A model generated the notes under the pieces. That model was not told where the DNA came from. It did no database searches and saw only the letters and a program-made list of their open reading frames with translations. Shown here piece by piece: positions 23,849-36,700 of a stretch of DNA of 64,000 nucleotides (positions within the stretch are counted from its first letter, which is position 1; every line of letters starts with the position of its first letter). Source of the DNA: Podarcis muralis (lineage: Eukaryota); contig NC_135662.1 in NCBI RefSeq assembly GCF_964188315.1, positions 45,384,001-45,448,000 on the forward strand, read 5' to 3'. The position numbers and the translations under genes are program-made.

Positions 23849-26464
23849 TAAAGTAAGGTACCACTGTAAAGAGGCCCAATGTGTATTATTCTACCCTCCA
23901 TCACTGCCCATATATTTTGAGGGAGAGAAATAATGTGAAATGAGCATCTACATGATTGGGTCCATAAAGTCAGGCCTACTTCTCAATGAAGGCTATTTGC
24001 ATGATGAGGAGCAAAGGGTCATGTTGCTCAGTCAAATTATTTCAATACTGCCCCTGTGAACATGTGACTGTGGATGAAATGTAGATTCAGAGTTGGCGTG
24101 ATGTTAGATCTGCCAGCTTATTAATTCATGTAGCTGTCAGCACCCTTCTTGCATTGGCGGGGAAACATTTTTATTTATTTATTTATTTATTTTTATTCCA
24201 AAATGTAAGCCACTCTACATTCAAAAAAGTACCTAAGCAGTGTACAGAAACAGAATATAAAATATAATGCAGAACACAAAAAAAGTATTAAAACATATTT
24301 GCGTGTGTGGATCAGTTTGGATCAGCTTGCTTTTGTTTTATTATGTATTTTGTGTTCTCAGTTTTGTATTTCCATGTTGTGAACCACTCCTATGATCTTT
24401 GGATGAAGGGTGGTATACAAATTTAATAAATAAAATAAATAAATAAAATCATAATGAAAATTTGAAGAAATAAACTAAATTGGAAAGCCATGGTAGAAGG
24501 CTTCCTTCACTTCTAAGGGAAGAGAAATCCAGGGAAAGCATGGTGTTAATAGTGCTCACAAAAATGATTTCCACAAATAGGACATGCAAGTAGATTACTT
24601 ACAACAATTTGCACAAGTTAACTGGCAGATAGCACAGCCTAACTAGCTGTCTATTTATTATGGCAAAGTAACAAGTGTGGCCCCTTTTCCTTTTATGCAT
24701 GTTGAATATAATTTTCAGGTTTTGGTAGCCATCTGCAGAGATCAGAACACATCTCCAGATGCAGCTAGTAGCTTTTACTGTGTGATCATCTCAGTGCTGA
24801 CAACAACCCCCATAATCTTCATAGTTAAGAAATGGGATGTTTTGTCTTGACAGACCATCCTAATTGATAATCATGCATTTGCTCTGTCAATTTCTCTGTG
24901 CACTGATTAGCAATTCTCTTATCAGTGGATGCATATCTAGTCCTTCAGTTTATGAGACTCAGCAGAACTTTCTAACAAGCTGAAGCCTTAGAACCTCTCT
25001 GCACAAATGAACATTAGACTGAAAGGAATGTTTAAGCTGTACGGTCTTAATTCATACAACATTCTGTTTGTTTTCCTTTCCTTTCTCCCATTAATAGGTT
25101 TCTTTTTATTTGCTACCTAGATTCATAGATGTGCTTTCCCTTCCTGAAAGAGGGATACAAATAAAGATTTGGCTCACTCCCATCCCTCTTAATGTCTTTA
25201 CAAGGTTTGCCTTCCTCAGGCAGCAAATTGTGAATTACACTGAGTCAGAGTATTATCAACCCTGAAGCACACCACTAAAGAAAAAATCTATACTTGGCAA
25301 CTTCATTGCTGTCACAATATGCAATGAATTATGTGAGATTATAGTCTCTGAAATGCTTCCTGACTAAATGGACCTAAACTTGTATTTTTGTTTTACAAAA
25401 CTAGACTGACAAAAGAAAGCATAAAATGTGGATGATAAAAGTTTTTAAGGGACGTGTACTTCAATCTTTTGGAAGATAGCAACACATGTTTTTATTTTTG
25501 ACATTTTTTATTGTTAAATCTCGTCAAGTTGTTTTATGGGGAAGTGATCTGTAAATAAAATAAACAAATAAATAAATACAGAATTTCCCACTAACATTTA
25601 CCCAGAGAATTTCCAAACCAGCACTATGCTTTCTGCACCTACTAAATTTGGGAGGCTGCCAATGCTGGGGTGGAAACAGCAGATAGATACAGTGGCTGGT
25701 GCTACATGTTATGACTATGTGTACAGGCCATTTTCAACAGATTCCACATGCTGTTTGGAATGTGTACACCCATAACTCAAGATAAATTTCTGCTAATGCA
25801 ATGTGGTTACTTAACCATTACAGATTGTTTATTTCTCATTCAGGGAGAAATTCTGAATTAATACTGTTTCAGAATGACAGCAAAGTGGAAAAGAAGATGA
25901 AGTTGAGAAGACATGGATATGGAAAGATTTAAAAAATTTGTCTCTGGAGGTTCCTAGAAATATGTACAAACTGGTATAGTGGAGTTCCATATGATTTGGT
26001 TTAACCTAACTAAGGTCTTTAACTGTGATGGTTAAGGTTTCAGAGGCCTGGTAGCAAATATGCTTTGCATTATGCGATCTCACTGCTTTGCATGTTTCAG
26101 GCATTTCTTATTTAACTTATTCAGCCTCAACAGGTTATAGTCTCGACCATGATGGTAAACCCATGCCTTGATTAAAAAACACATGCACACAGAAAAGTAA
26201 GTATCATGGGGAAACTAGGCTACAGCCCTTGTCCCAGAGGTGCTAGATTTCTATTTGCAGAATATTTTTTATGGAGGATCATTCAGTCTTGTGAGTTCCC
26301 AGATGTAGTCTGAAGTTGGTATAGTACAGGAAAAGAGAGTTACCACATCACCGAGAACTAGGTCTAGAGTCCTTGAAGATTCGTAGGATTGTACAATTTA
26401 ACTATTATAGTTGTCTCTCCTGGACCTTCTACCATTGGATGATCCACTGTTGCAAGAGCAAGAC

Positions 26465-26570
26465 TCCCCTCTTTCCAATTTCTCTACACCATGCATAATT
26501 TTGTATACCTTTATCATGGCCCCCTGCCCTTACCTACCTATTTTCTAAAGAAAAAGCCTTAAACACTATA
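26465..26570 (-). mobile_element. CR1 LINE ORF2 C-terminal fragment
   Basis: Minus strand reads GAMIKVYKIMHGVEKLER, like the CR1 GDMIEVYKIMHG motif. Confidence 0.6.
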
Positions 26571-29246
26571 GGGCACTGGTCTTTAGCTGATGGGAGAGGA
26601 CCCACTTCTGGGTTACAGCCTGGTCTAAGGCGAGTCACAACAGCAGACCACCACAAAAATATATCACTTAAAAATTAAAGGAACAGGTCCCCAAATGCAT
26701 GTTTGAGTTAAAGGTGGACCGTAATCTGAAAAAAAAGGAAGGCTGCAGTTATAGGGGACTTGCTCCACTGCCCTGATCAATCTGATTGCTCTTTTCTGCA
26801 GCCTGTTTGGAAATCTGGACTGTCATGCCCTGTCTTGATGATGGTCTGGGCTAAGAGTCCTCTTCGCATCCCACCCTGAGCCTTAAAGAGATGAGGCAAA
26901 TCTCAGCTACAGCAAGAGCATAGGAGAAAAGTTGCCTGTGTCTAACTCCTTTTCTTCATCCTACTGCCCAATAGTCAGGGTAGGTGGGTAGGAGGGGGAG
27001 ATGATATCAATTAAGATGGGGGGTGAAGAAGAGAGCAGCAGTAATATATTTATTAACATGGTGTCTAATTAAATCAGGGACACTTTTTAAAAATGCATGG
27101 AAATGATTAATCAAAAGCTGCAACCCTAATTTAAAGTCTTTTCAGATAAATTATTAACATGGTGGCATTCATGGAAGGAAAGCTTTTACAGATAAAAAAA
27201 CCACACAGAAGTACATGTGTGAAGTACAGGGCCCTCCATTTCAGATTCATTAACAGCCAACAAAAAACCAGGAACAGGAGTAGAAAACATAATCTGAAAA
27301 CCAAGAGAGAATATAAAGAATTTACTAAATGGCACACCATTAAAATATGAGAGGCCTGAGAGATTAAAACTATTCACCGTCAGATACCCCTTTATTAAAT
27401 TAGAGAGAAAACAGGCACTTCCAAAAAAGAAAAAAGAAAAAAGGAACATGTCCCTTTTACAATGACAAAAAACTATAAAAACTATTGCTAAAGAATATTC
27501 CTCAGACAGACCATGGCAATCAATAGAGTGCTGGGGCAAAGATGTACTTGAAATCCTAGGTGTATGGAATGTCAAATTTCTAAGCAAACAGAAAAACATT
27601 TATTTGTTTCCATCCATTCTAGGCAGTGTTCAAAACTCCCATTGAGCTCTGGGCAGAGTAGTGCACCTAAGATTTCAGATTAAAACTGCGGAGTGAAAGG
27701 AAAGGAGGGCCTATTTCTGCCTCCCTACTTCCAGCTACTTTCTGAAGACTGGAGAAGAGACCCTCTTAAGAATATTAGGGCGGTGGGCAGAATGACTAGA
27801 CCATGTGAAAAGTGAGCATAATATTTCATTTTCAGCTTTGTATTCTTGTTATTTAAAAAGTGCACATAGACATTCTGCTGTTGTGCCCATAACCTAAGTT
27901 TAAGTTGTCATTTAGCTCCTAGCTTTCGTATCTCAGTTTCTAACACTGATTATAGGTTCCTAAGGGTTGAAAACATCTGGCTTGAAAACCTTTATTGATG
28001 AAACTCAGGTGTTCAAATAGTTGTGACTACTCAGTAGCAAGGGAAAGGCAGTCTGGATATACTCAAAAGCACTCTTGCCTTCATTGTAGCATCCCATGTT
28101 GCAGAGATGAGACAGGTTCTAAAGGCAGGACTTCAGAATTAAGCTCTAGCAGTGTCAGTGAAACAAAGCATCTTAAACTCCACTAAAACCATCTAAATGC
28201 ACCCTGAATTTACAGTGAATTTACTGCAATTCCCCCTCTCCTTTCTTATACACAAAAACATCAACAGCTTTATTGGACGGGGGCTGTGTGCGTGTGTGTG
28301 TGTTTGGGGGGGGAGTAGGCTGGTAATTTTATTTCTTGTGAACACATGCACAACTCAAACCCAAACCACACTAATTAAATATAATCTAGTATGTTAAATA
28401 TAATCCAGTATGTAATTACCTAAACTGCTAACACAAACAGAAAAGACAAGGAACTCTGATTATAGCTTTACAGCATATTCAGAAGCTTTGTGAAAACAAA
28501 AATGCACAGTGCACCAGGTCTTGCATGATGTAGCCGGTCACAAAAAGTGACTGTATTACTTTGCTGATAATGGATGGAACAGATCCTACCAAAGATATCA
28601 ATTCTTTCAACTGGAAGTTCAAATTGCAGGAACATTACAAGGTCAAAAAGCATACAGCGTAACAAATGACTGAAGAAAAACCGGACCCTTTTCTTTCAAT
28701 TCTCCCCTTCTTCTAATCCTCACATGGCTTCTCTTTGATAATGTCTATCTAAAGGCTCACCTTGAGTTGCATTAATGTCTTTCGGCAAGCAATTTCAGGG
28801 CTGCACCTACTCATCCTGCTGATAAGGCTTGTCTGCCTACAAGGCACTGCTTCCACATTTATAAGGGGCAAAAGGTTGCCCCTGAGTTGAGTATTTCTTG
28901 GGTTTATGCCAAGAATGTGCATACTTAATTATTCATTTTATATCTAAATCACTCAGAAAATTCAAACACAGTAAATGTAACTAGATAAAGTGAATAAGAC
29001 TGAAAAATTAAGTTCATCAATCAATTTGACTCTCTGAAGAATGCAAAATTCTTGGTGGGGAATTTACTGCGAAAGTATTATAAAAGTGCTCAGTGGACTA
29101 CACTGGGGTAGTCACTTGAAACAGTCCCAAAAAGAGGAACTACATCCCCCACGAAACAGAATAAGATTTGTGTCACATGTGTATATGCTAATTATAGGGG
29201 TGATACTGTTTTGCTTGTTTATTTTTTGTTATGTATTCTGTGTTTG

Positions 29247-30248
29247 TTATGTACTGAAGTTCTCACCCTGGGCCAGCAGGGGGATACTGTAGATAGTTAT
29301 GCAAATAAGGGATCGAAAGTGACATTCAGCTTGCGTCGTGTAGGCGAGTCGGTTTGGCCAATCGTGGTTCCAGACGGGCAGTGGCAGTTGGTGAGAGCGA
29401 AACAGCTTTCCTTGGCGGACTGGAGTGAAGACTTGGACTTGCGAGTCGGTGAAGGGGGGGGTGTCAGACGGAGCCGATCGGCAGACCTTAGCGATGTGGC
29501 CCCTTCTGGAACACTTCCGACAGATGGCATCTCTGAATCGACACTTGGCATGGGAATGGTGGCCTCCGCAGCCGGCACATTCCGATTGGCCCTTGGACTT
29601 CTTTTGGAACTTCCTGCACTCCCGCTTTGTCTGGTGCACGTCATCGTTTTCACTGGAGGATGCCTTATCACTGCTGGCCTCTTCATGATGCACTGGAACT
29701 GGCTTCCTAGCAAGACGCGGGCTGCTGGCCTTGTGGATCTCCTGGGGGGAGCGTTCGGCAGCTTCCGAAGCCACGGCCTCCTCAATGGCTTTCTGCAGCG
29801 TGAGGTCTGGCTTGGCAAGGAGACGCCGTTGCAGATGGATGTCCCGGACCCCGCAGATGATTCGATCCATCAGGGCATCGTCTAAGTCTCGGAACTCGCA
29901 GTGCATTGCAGCCTGTCGGAGGGCGGCGGTGTAGTTGTTAATTGACTCCCCCTCTGCCTGGTTCCGGTGGCAGAACGCATGGCGGGCAGCAATCTTGGAC
30001 ACGTAGTGGTTGTGGAGCTTCTCTTTAATCATGTCCCACGGTGCTGCCTGGACTGCTACAGGCGCAACCAATGCTTGGGCCGTCTCGAACACCTCAGGTC
30101 CACAGAGGCTGAGGAATAGGCCCCGCTTACATTCCTGTGATACTTCCATCAGCTCGTTGGCTTGGAGGTAGTAGTTGAACCGAGCGAGGTAGGAGTCCCA
30201 TGATTCAGAGGCTGGCGCAAATGGCGGTAGAGGCACAAGTGAAGCCAT
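29247..30248 (-). CDS. Retrotransposon Gag-like ORF (333 aa as read; capsid-like N-terminus plus CCHC knuckle CRKCSRRGHIAKVC)
   Basis: PPF..SESWDSYLARF, LFLSLCGPE, RHAFxxRxQxEGES, LMDRIICG and LTLQKAIEEA are typical of Mag/K02A2.6-type Gag. The tail after about residue 265 is probably frameshifted at a C8 run (29454-29461). Confidence 0.85.
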   Translation of the reverse strand: MASLVPLPPFAPASESWDSYLARFNYYLQANELMEVSQECKRGLFLSLCGPEVFETAQALVAPVAVQAAPWDMIKEKLHNHYVSKIAARHAFCHRNQAEGESINNYTAALRQAAMHCEFRDLDDALMDRIICGVRDIHLQRRLLAKPDLTLQKAIEEAVASEAAERSPQEIHKASSPRLARKPVPVHHEEASSDKASSSENDDVHQTKRECRKFQKKSKGQSECAGCGGHHSHAKCRFRDAICRKCSRRGHIAKVCRSAPSDTPPFTDSQVQVFTPVRQGKLFRSHQLPLPVWNHDWPNRLAYTTQAECHFRSLICITIYSIPLLAQGENFST

Positions 30249-30410
30249 GATTCAGATACCGATGTGGAGGCGATGGATGGAACACAGTGCTCTAGCCAGA
30301 ACAGTGAGCTCTGAATTGGTTCTGTTCAGTGATTTCGCTCGGTGTTTCAGCTCAGTAATTCAGCTCCGCTCAGAGGGTGGCTGCATCTGGCTGTGCTCTG
30401 TTGTCCATCC

Positions 30411-30428
30411 ATCCCATCCTCGTCACCA
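30411..30428 (-). promoter_or_regulatory. Primer-binding site TGGTGACGAGGATGGGAT, complementary to the tRNA-Ser(GCU) 3' end (17/18)
   Basis: Lies 1 nt downstream of the LTR end. The recalled vertebrate tRNA-Ser(GCU) 3' end gives TGGCGACGAGGATGGGAT. Confidence 0.8.
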
Positions 30429-33084
30429 GTGTTAGGTTGTGGGTGAACATATCAGATGACACAGCGATTCTTCAAACAGCTCTTATTTATTCACAGGCCA
30501 GGACAGAACTGAAGGGTTCAGTCAGCCTGCTTATATAGAACTCCAGTACAATGTAACTGTAACAATTTTCTAAAACTATCCAATCACTAAACGTCACTTT
30601 CGATCCCTTATTTGCATAACTATCTACAGTATCCCCCTGCTGGCCCAGGGTGAGAACTTCAGTACATAACAGTGTTCTCATTTTGTATTTTTATGTTGTG
30701 AACGGTCCTGTGATCTTTGGAGAAAGGGTGGCTTACTAATAATACTACTAGAAATAATAGTAACGTGAGACCTGCCACATTTTTTTTTGCTGTGTAGTTC
30801 TCAGTGCCTAACAGTAAATGTTCCTTTTAAGGGTTCCAAACTTAACTCTCCTCACTATACTCCATTCCATCACCCCTGTTTTCTATTTTTGTTTTCCAAC
30901 TGATACTAAACAGCCAGTGACTACTGAGCATGCTCAGTCCTCATGGGCTTGTTTGTGGGTGGGTTTCCCCCACATATCTTTAAAATATATTATTTAATAC
31001 ATTTGGGGTTCCCCAAATCAAACTGACACCTCCCGCTTGTTTCACAGTAGCTCTGTTTTGGCCCATTTCAGTTGGTACTCAGCACCCTAGTTCACTATTA
31101 AAGGGAGTGATTAAATTCTTTGGAGTCTGATTTTTTTAATAAAAAAAAAAAACTCCAAGTGGGAGGTAGTGCCATTTTAAAATAAACATTTCCACATCTC
31201 ACATCAGAGACTTCTTTTAAGATGGTGCCCACTTCATCATGTGCATGTTTCGCCTAAAAACAAAGGAATGATCCTGTTTTCTTAAGAAGCGTTGTTTTTA
31301 TTCACATACAAATCCTCACGGATTTAATCTACTGTATTCTAATTAATGACTAGAAAGTATGTTTGCCATTTCATCACAGTCAACTGATCTGTAAAATACA
31401 GTAAATAAGAATGGCAAGGGCTCGTCTCTGCAGGTACACTGATTCTAAGAGCAACCTGAAAGACAGAAAACAGGCCTCACCCTTCACTGATCTGAAGGCA
31501 ACAACCTTTATTGTGAACTGGTCTACAATGCAAAACTTTCAGGGAAAGCATATCAACACTTTATGCAAAATATGAAATCCATTGTCTTCACTTCCTATTG
31601 GCATGTTATATTTATCTCGTGGCTTTAGAATTCAATAAATATTTCAGTCACCAAGAAATAAACTCTAGATGACACCTTGTTCCACAGTCTGCAACTGAAA
31701 CATGTTGCTAAGGAAATGAGAAGTGGAGAAAGTTTTACTTGGTATTTTGTTAGGATGTGGTGATTTAAAACAAAACAAAACTATTTTCATGCAGTGTAAG
31801 AACTTAATTTGTATTCTGTGTCTGGTTCTGGGTTAGGAATCTAAATAAAACAGGAATCTAAATAAAAAAGGTTCACTATTTTGCGAAGACACCAATATCT
31901 AAAGTTAGTCCGCATATGCTTGAGTTCGGCCAAACAGAAGAAAATGTGAAGGGAAAACAAAAACTCAAGAGTCATTTACAATTTATATGTTTCACTTTGA
32001 AGTCTGTTGCTAGAATCACATAAGAACATGCTGAAGCCAAAGCAAACTAATATATCATCAGTATATTCTACTGGCATAGCTGGTTCTGTCAGGGGATTTC
32101 TCTATGAGCAGAAGGCTGTTCTCCCTCCATTTCCTATCGAAAAGTATGACTGTGAATGCTTCTTGCAGTCTAAGAATGACTAATTTGCATTATGCTTGGA
32201 AACTTCCAGTGCAGTGCAGTCTTAAGCATACAGTATTTAAGCAGAAGTCAGTCCCACACAGTTCTATGGGATTTTCTCACTTGTAAGTTTAGTAAGGATT
32301 TCCCTGCTATGAAAAACAAAGCAACAATTAGATAAAACAATGCCGAATGACATAAACATTCAAGTCTTGGAGAAATAGTGAAAGAAGTACCAGTAAAGAA
32401 AAGAAAATTTATGTAGATGTCACACTCCAGATACCACTTTTCTTTAGAAGGTAGCAAGTTCCAAAACAAAGCATGTAAAGAAACCAATATCCATGATGCA
32501 TGACTACAGCTGGTATTTAGCTGATAACGCCTGAAGGAAAATATGCCATATATCACTTTAGACATGGAACAACACCAGAGATAGTAAACACAGAAGCATA
32601 GTTACTGTCAATAAAAAAAAACTACTGATACTAGTCCAAAACAACAGGGAGTCATTTACAGAGAGTGAAATTCCCACAGTATAAATGATGCAATTTTGAT
32701 TATAGACACTGACGGCAGGAAAGTAGGCATGAAGCTGAAATGCACTTTTCAAAAGTAAAAGTACAGCTGATGGCAGATTATTATTTTTAGTCCCTACAGA
32801 TCAACAGTTAAGGTGGGAAAGTGTAAGCAGCAATAACCATTTGTAGCTGTTCTTGTGGCTCTTCTGAAAAGCACACAAGACATTCCACTGATTTCACCGG
32901 CACAATGCTGAACAGAAACCAGTATTTACAGCTAGACTAAATATTTGATGCCTTTCTGTAAACTGGGAACAAGGTCTGTTGCCCAAAGGAATTAATAAAT
33001 AAAGGCATCCTCACTGTGACAAAGGAGAGAAGCCATAATAAAAAAATGCACCTGTGCCACGTGAATTCCTATACAAGTGTACAA

Positions 33085-33720
33085 GATATAAATCTGCCTT
33101 CATGTGCCTCTGTAACAACAGTGCTTGAATGGATGAGGGCCAATAAACTGAAGCTCAATCCAGATAAGGCAGAGATAGAGAATGGTTTGGCTACCAGGGT
33201 AAATAATGTTCAACCAATTATGGGTGGGGTTGCACTCCCTTTGAAGGTACAAGCTTGTAGATTCAGGTAGGCGGGTGTCTGCATCTATTACTGTCACTGG
33301 AGGTACAAGTGGCTGCTATGGCACAGAGCACTGTCTACCAGCTATCTGGAGTTTGATAACCTGGCTTCAGTCGTCTATGCTAAGGCTTTTCAGACACTGC
33401 AGCTGGTGCAGAATTCAGCGGCCTAATTCTAACAAGGCAGTCTAAATGTATAATACCAGTTCTGGCCCAGATGCGTTGACATCCGCTATTCGAAGTGCTG
33501 TTTTAGCTATAGAACCCTAAACAGTTCCAGACTCCAGTACTTTACAGATCATCTCTTCCAGTATGAAGCTGTCCAGAACCTTAGGTTGTCATTGGAGGCC
33601 CTCCTCCTGCTCCCAGAAAAGGACTGTGGTTACAAAAGTTTGGGAATGCTTTTTCCAGGGAGGTCCACCTGGTGCCAACATTACTGTATTTACAGTGACA
33701 TGCCATGACTTTCCTTCACT
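33085..33720 (+). mobile_element. Degenerate L2 LINE ORF2 fragment
   Basis: WMRANKLKLNPDKAE motif (post-RT region), followed by decayed LQLVQNSAA- and LLLPE-like segments. Confidence 0.7.
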
Positions 33721-36700
33721 CCGAGGCATTTGGTTGTTATTTTCTCTCTCCTTCTGCCTGATTATTTTTGTCAGTTCACTGTTTTAATAATTGGCATAGT
33801 GGTGCAGTTGGGGAAGGAGGGGTAGGAGTTAGTTTATGATCACTTCTAGGTTTTTTTACTAGTGCAATGTTTATATTTTACTAAATAAATAATTTTATGA
33901 TAAGAACTGTAGCTTACAGACACTGTGTTGCCTTCTTATTCCTTGTATTCAGATCAGCCTGGACTGCTATCATGGCCCAGACACAATTATATGATTTCAA
34001 TTGTAATGCTTGAATTGTCCTGCAGCAGCTGAATGCTTGCTCCACTGTTAATTGTTTTGTTAAGGTCTGATCATGTTCAAAGCATTTAGGGGAACGGGTT
34101 TGCTTAAAAACAACCAGCTATCCGTGCAGGGTTGTCATTTGAAGCCTGTTATTTATTCATCAATCCCTGCCTACAAGACAGCTTTTTTTAAAAAAAAAAA
34201 TCTTTTAAACAGGTAAACAGAATGCTTACACTTAAGCAAACATGCTGTAGCAGCTCCCTATTAACTAGAGATCAATGCTGGAGAATAGCAGAATGAGAGA
34301 GATGGGGCGGTGCATCAACTCATGAGTAATGCATGATAACAGCCGCGAATAAACGAAGGATTAAGATATCAGATTCAGAGACAGATCACAGTCAGAAGAA
34401 AATGCTGCTGATTAATAAATGCATGTACATTACTTTACATCAGGGATGGAGAACCTGTGACAACGCAGATGTTATCAGGACATGTTGGCTGCAGGGCCAC
34501 AGGTCCTGCTTTAGATTGTATTCCACCTCTTTTCCACCTCTACATTGCAGAGATGTTCACCCTACTTCTAATTATTTTTACTAAAATCCCCTGGAATGAA
34601 GAGGGTGTGCAAAGAAAAGGAATTTAGTGATCTCTGTGTAATATGCTAAAAAACCATTCTGACAGCTTATCAGAGGACAAAAGTGGGGGGGGGGGGTTGA
34701 GAATGAGGTTCCCCAAACAACCTCTTTTAGCATACAAAGGTTGGACAACATGGTCTCTTGCCACATGGAAGATGTTCTACTTGTCATATGAAACCAGCTT
34801 CTTGAGCAGAAAAGAAAGGTGGGGCTTGTTATGGCTCTAGGTGTAACTTCAAAAACTGGAAAACAGGAGGAGTGGCTGTCCTTTGGTCATCTAGTTAGCA
34901 TTTTAGCATGCCTTTAAAGGCATTTCGGAGCAGCACACAAGAAAATCTCACCCCTCCAGAACAACACACACTTCCCAAAGTATTTACTTAAAAGCACAAG
35001 CCTTCAAGCCAAAACAAGCTACACCAACGTGATGGATTACATTTCTAGCAGGGCTACCTAGAGGATGTTTTGCGGGTGTCCCTTGCTCTGAACTGGTGAC
35101 AGTGAGATACTTATCCATCCTTGTGGGGTGACCATAAGCCCCCAGTCCTTTCAGTGGTCTGTGGCTTGACTTAACAGTGCACTGCTGTTTACTCTTACTC
35201 AGACTAAGTTCCACTGTGTTCAATGGAGCTAACTCCCAGACACTTGTATATAGGATGTAGTATTGTTCATTTTTAAAAACTTGGGGCAGAAACCAACAGA
35301 CTAAAGAGCAAACGTGAAATGCTTCACTAAATTCAGTTAAAAGCATAAAAGATCCCAAAACATCCAAGTGACTATCAACATCAAAAACCTTGACCTGAAT
35401 GGAAAAGCTTTACAATGCTTCAGAAAGTCGCTCAGGGCAGTTTCAGGCTCTGACAAGTTGCTAGATGGAGAAAGTTCTAATGTGTTTTGGTAGACCATAT
35501 GGTATTTGTAAAAAGAGCATCCTCCATTAACCCTAGAGAGCACTTTAGATATTATGGTCAGACTTTGATCATAGGAAAAAACCGGCACAAAACAAGATGT
35601 TCCAGAACAACCCCAAATATTTGTTCAGTCGATGAAACTATCCCCAAAGCACCAACGGAATTCAGCACAGCCTCTTTGCACCAATGTCACCAAAGCTTAT
35701 GTCAAAGCAAGGTGCAGCAACTTACATGAGCAGGGAAGGGAGACTATTGTGAAGAAACATTTGACTTAAGATGGAAAATGATTTGCCTGTAAACTTTTGA
35801 GCACTGTTCCTATTTTTGTAAAAATGTTTGCATTTTAAATAAGAAAAGATCCATCTGTTTTATATTAAGTGCATAGGGTTTCAGTAGTATGGTAGTGAGC
35901 ATGCCAAACAAGCAAACCATTTCCACAGAAAAGGATAGTATTCCTTGCCAAATGCATTTCTTAAACATTAGAATCATACTTCAAGGGTCGTGTAGTCCAA
36001 CCGTCCGCCAATGAGCGAAATCCTCTGCTACAGTGGCCACTCAGTCTCTAACTTTGTACTGTAATAGGTATTTTCCTACCACCCAGGTGTGTTTTTCTCA
36101 CATCACCTCCTACTACTCCAAATTCTATGTATTCAAGAGATAGTGAAAAAAACTGCATTTGAAAAGGCAGAAAACATCAAAAGTTCTCAGATAAGTGGGC
36201 ATTTAATAGAAATAAATAAGTTCTAAATAAATTACACAACCTGGCTCCCAAGTAAGTAAAGCAGAGCGCAGCACCCAGAGAGGCATGGTGATGAAGTAAA
36301 TTTGTAGATTAAGTCTAAGTTTAGTAATCTAACCATTTAATGTTTATACACTGCCAGAAGCATGCAGGTTTTGCAAAGAACACAGAGGGGACAAGAGTCT
36401 GGTTCCTGCCTAGGAGGTTTCAGGTCTACATTTTGGAAGCTCTCCAGCAAGTGGCACACCGTGTGGCACACTCTGTACACTTCAGCAATTGATATCCATA
36501 TCTCACAGAAGCATCTCACATCTGAACTCTATAGTTCTTCTGGTCCCTCACCTTAGTTCAGTACGAGAGAAGTATCTATATATATTTCCATTTCACAACA
36601 AACAAGGTCTTATAAATCTTTCTCCGTTCACACAGTGGATTAGATTCTCATAGAGAGACATACTGCGGGCAGAAGGGCCATAAAGAAAAGCAACTGTCTT

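Larger units (their letters stand above)
29245..30671 (-). mobile_element. Truncated and rearranged Ty3/Gypsy (Mag/K02A2.6-like) LTR retrotransposon: 242-bp LTR, PBS, gag, then an inverted 79-bp U3 copy; 5-bp TSD GTGTT
   Basis: LTR 30430-30671 is bounded by TGTTA...TAACA. 29245-29323 is the exact reverse complement of 30593-30671. GTGTT flanks both ends (29240-29244 and 30672-30676). Confidence 0.92.

Noticed and set aside
29211-29934. Plus-strand ORFs of 224, 87 aa and a minus-strand 67 aa ORF inside the retroelement
   Set aside because: Antisense or off-frame shadows of gag with no independent homology.
29245-30671. DIRS-type element or DNA transposon, suggested by the inverted ends
   Set aside because: A TG...CA LTR with a tRNA PBS, Mag-like Gag and a 5-bp TSD indicate an integrase-type Ty3/Gypsy origin. 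No tyrosine recombinase or transposase is present.
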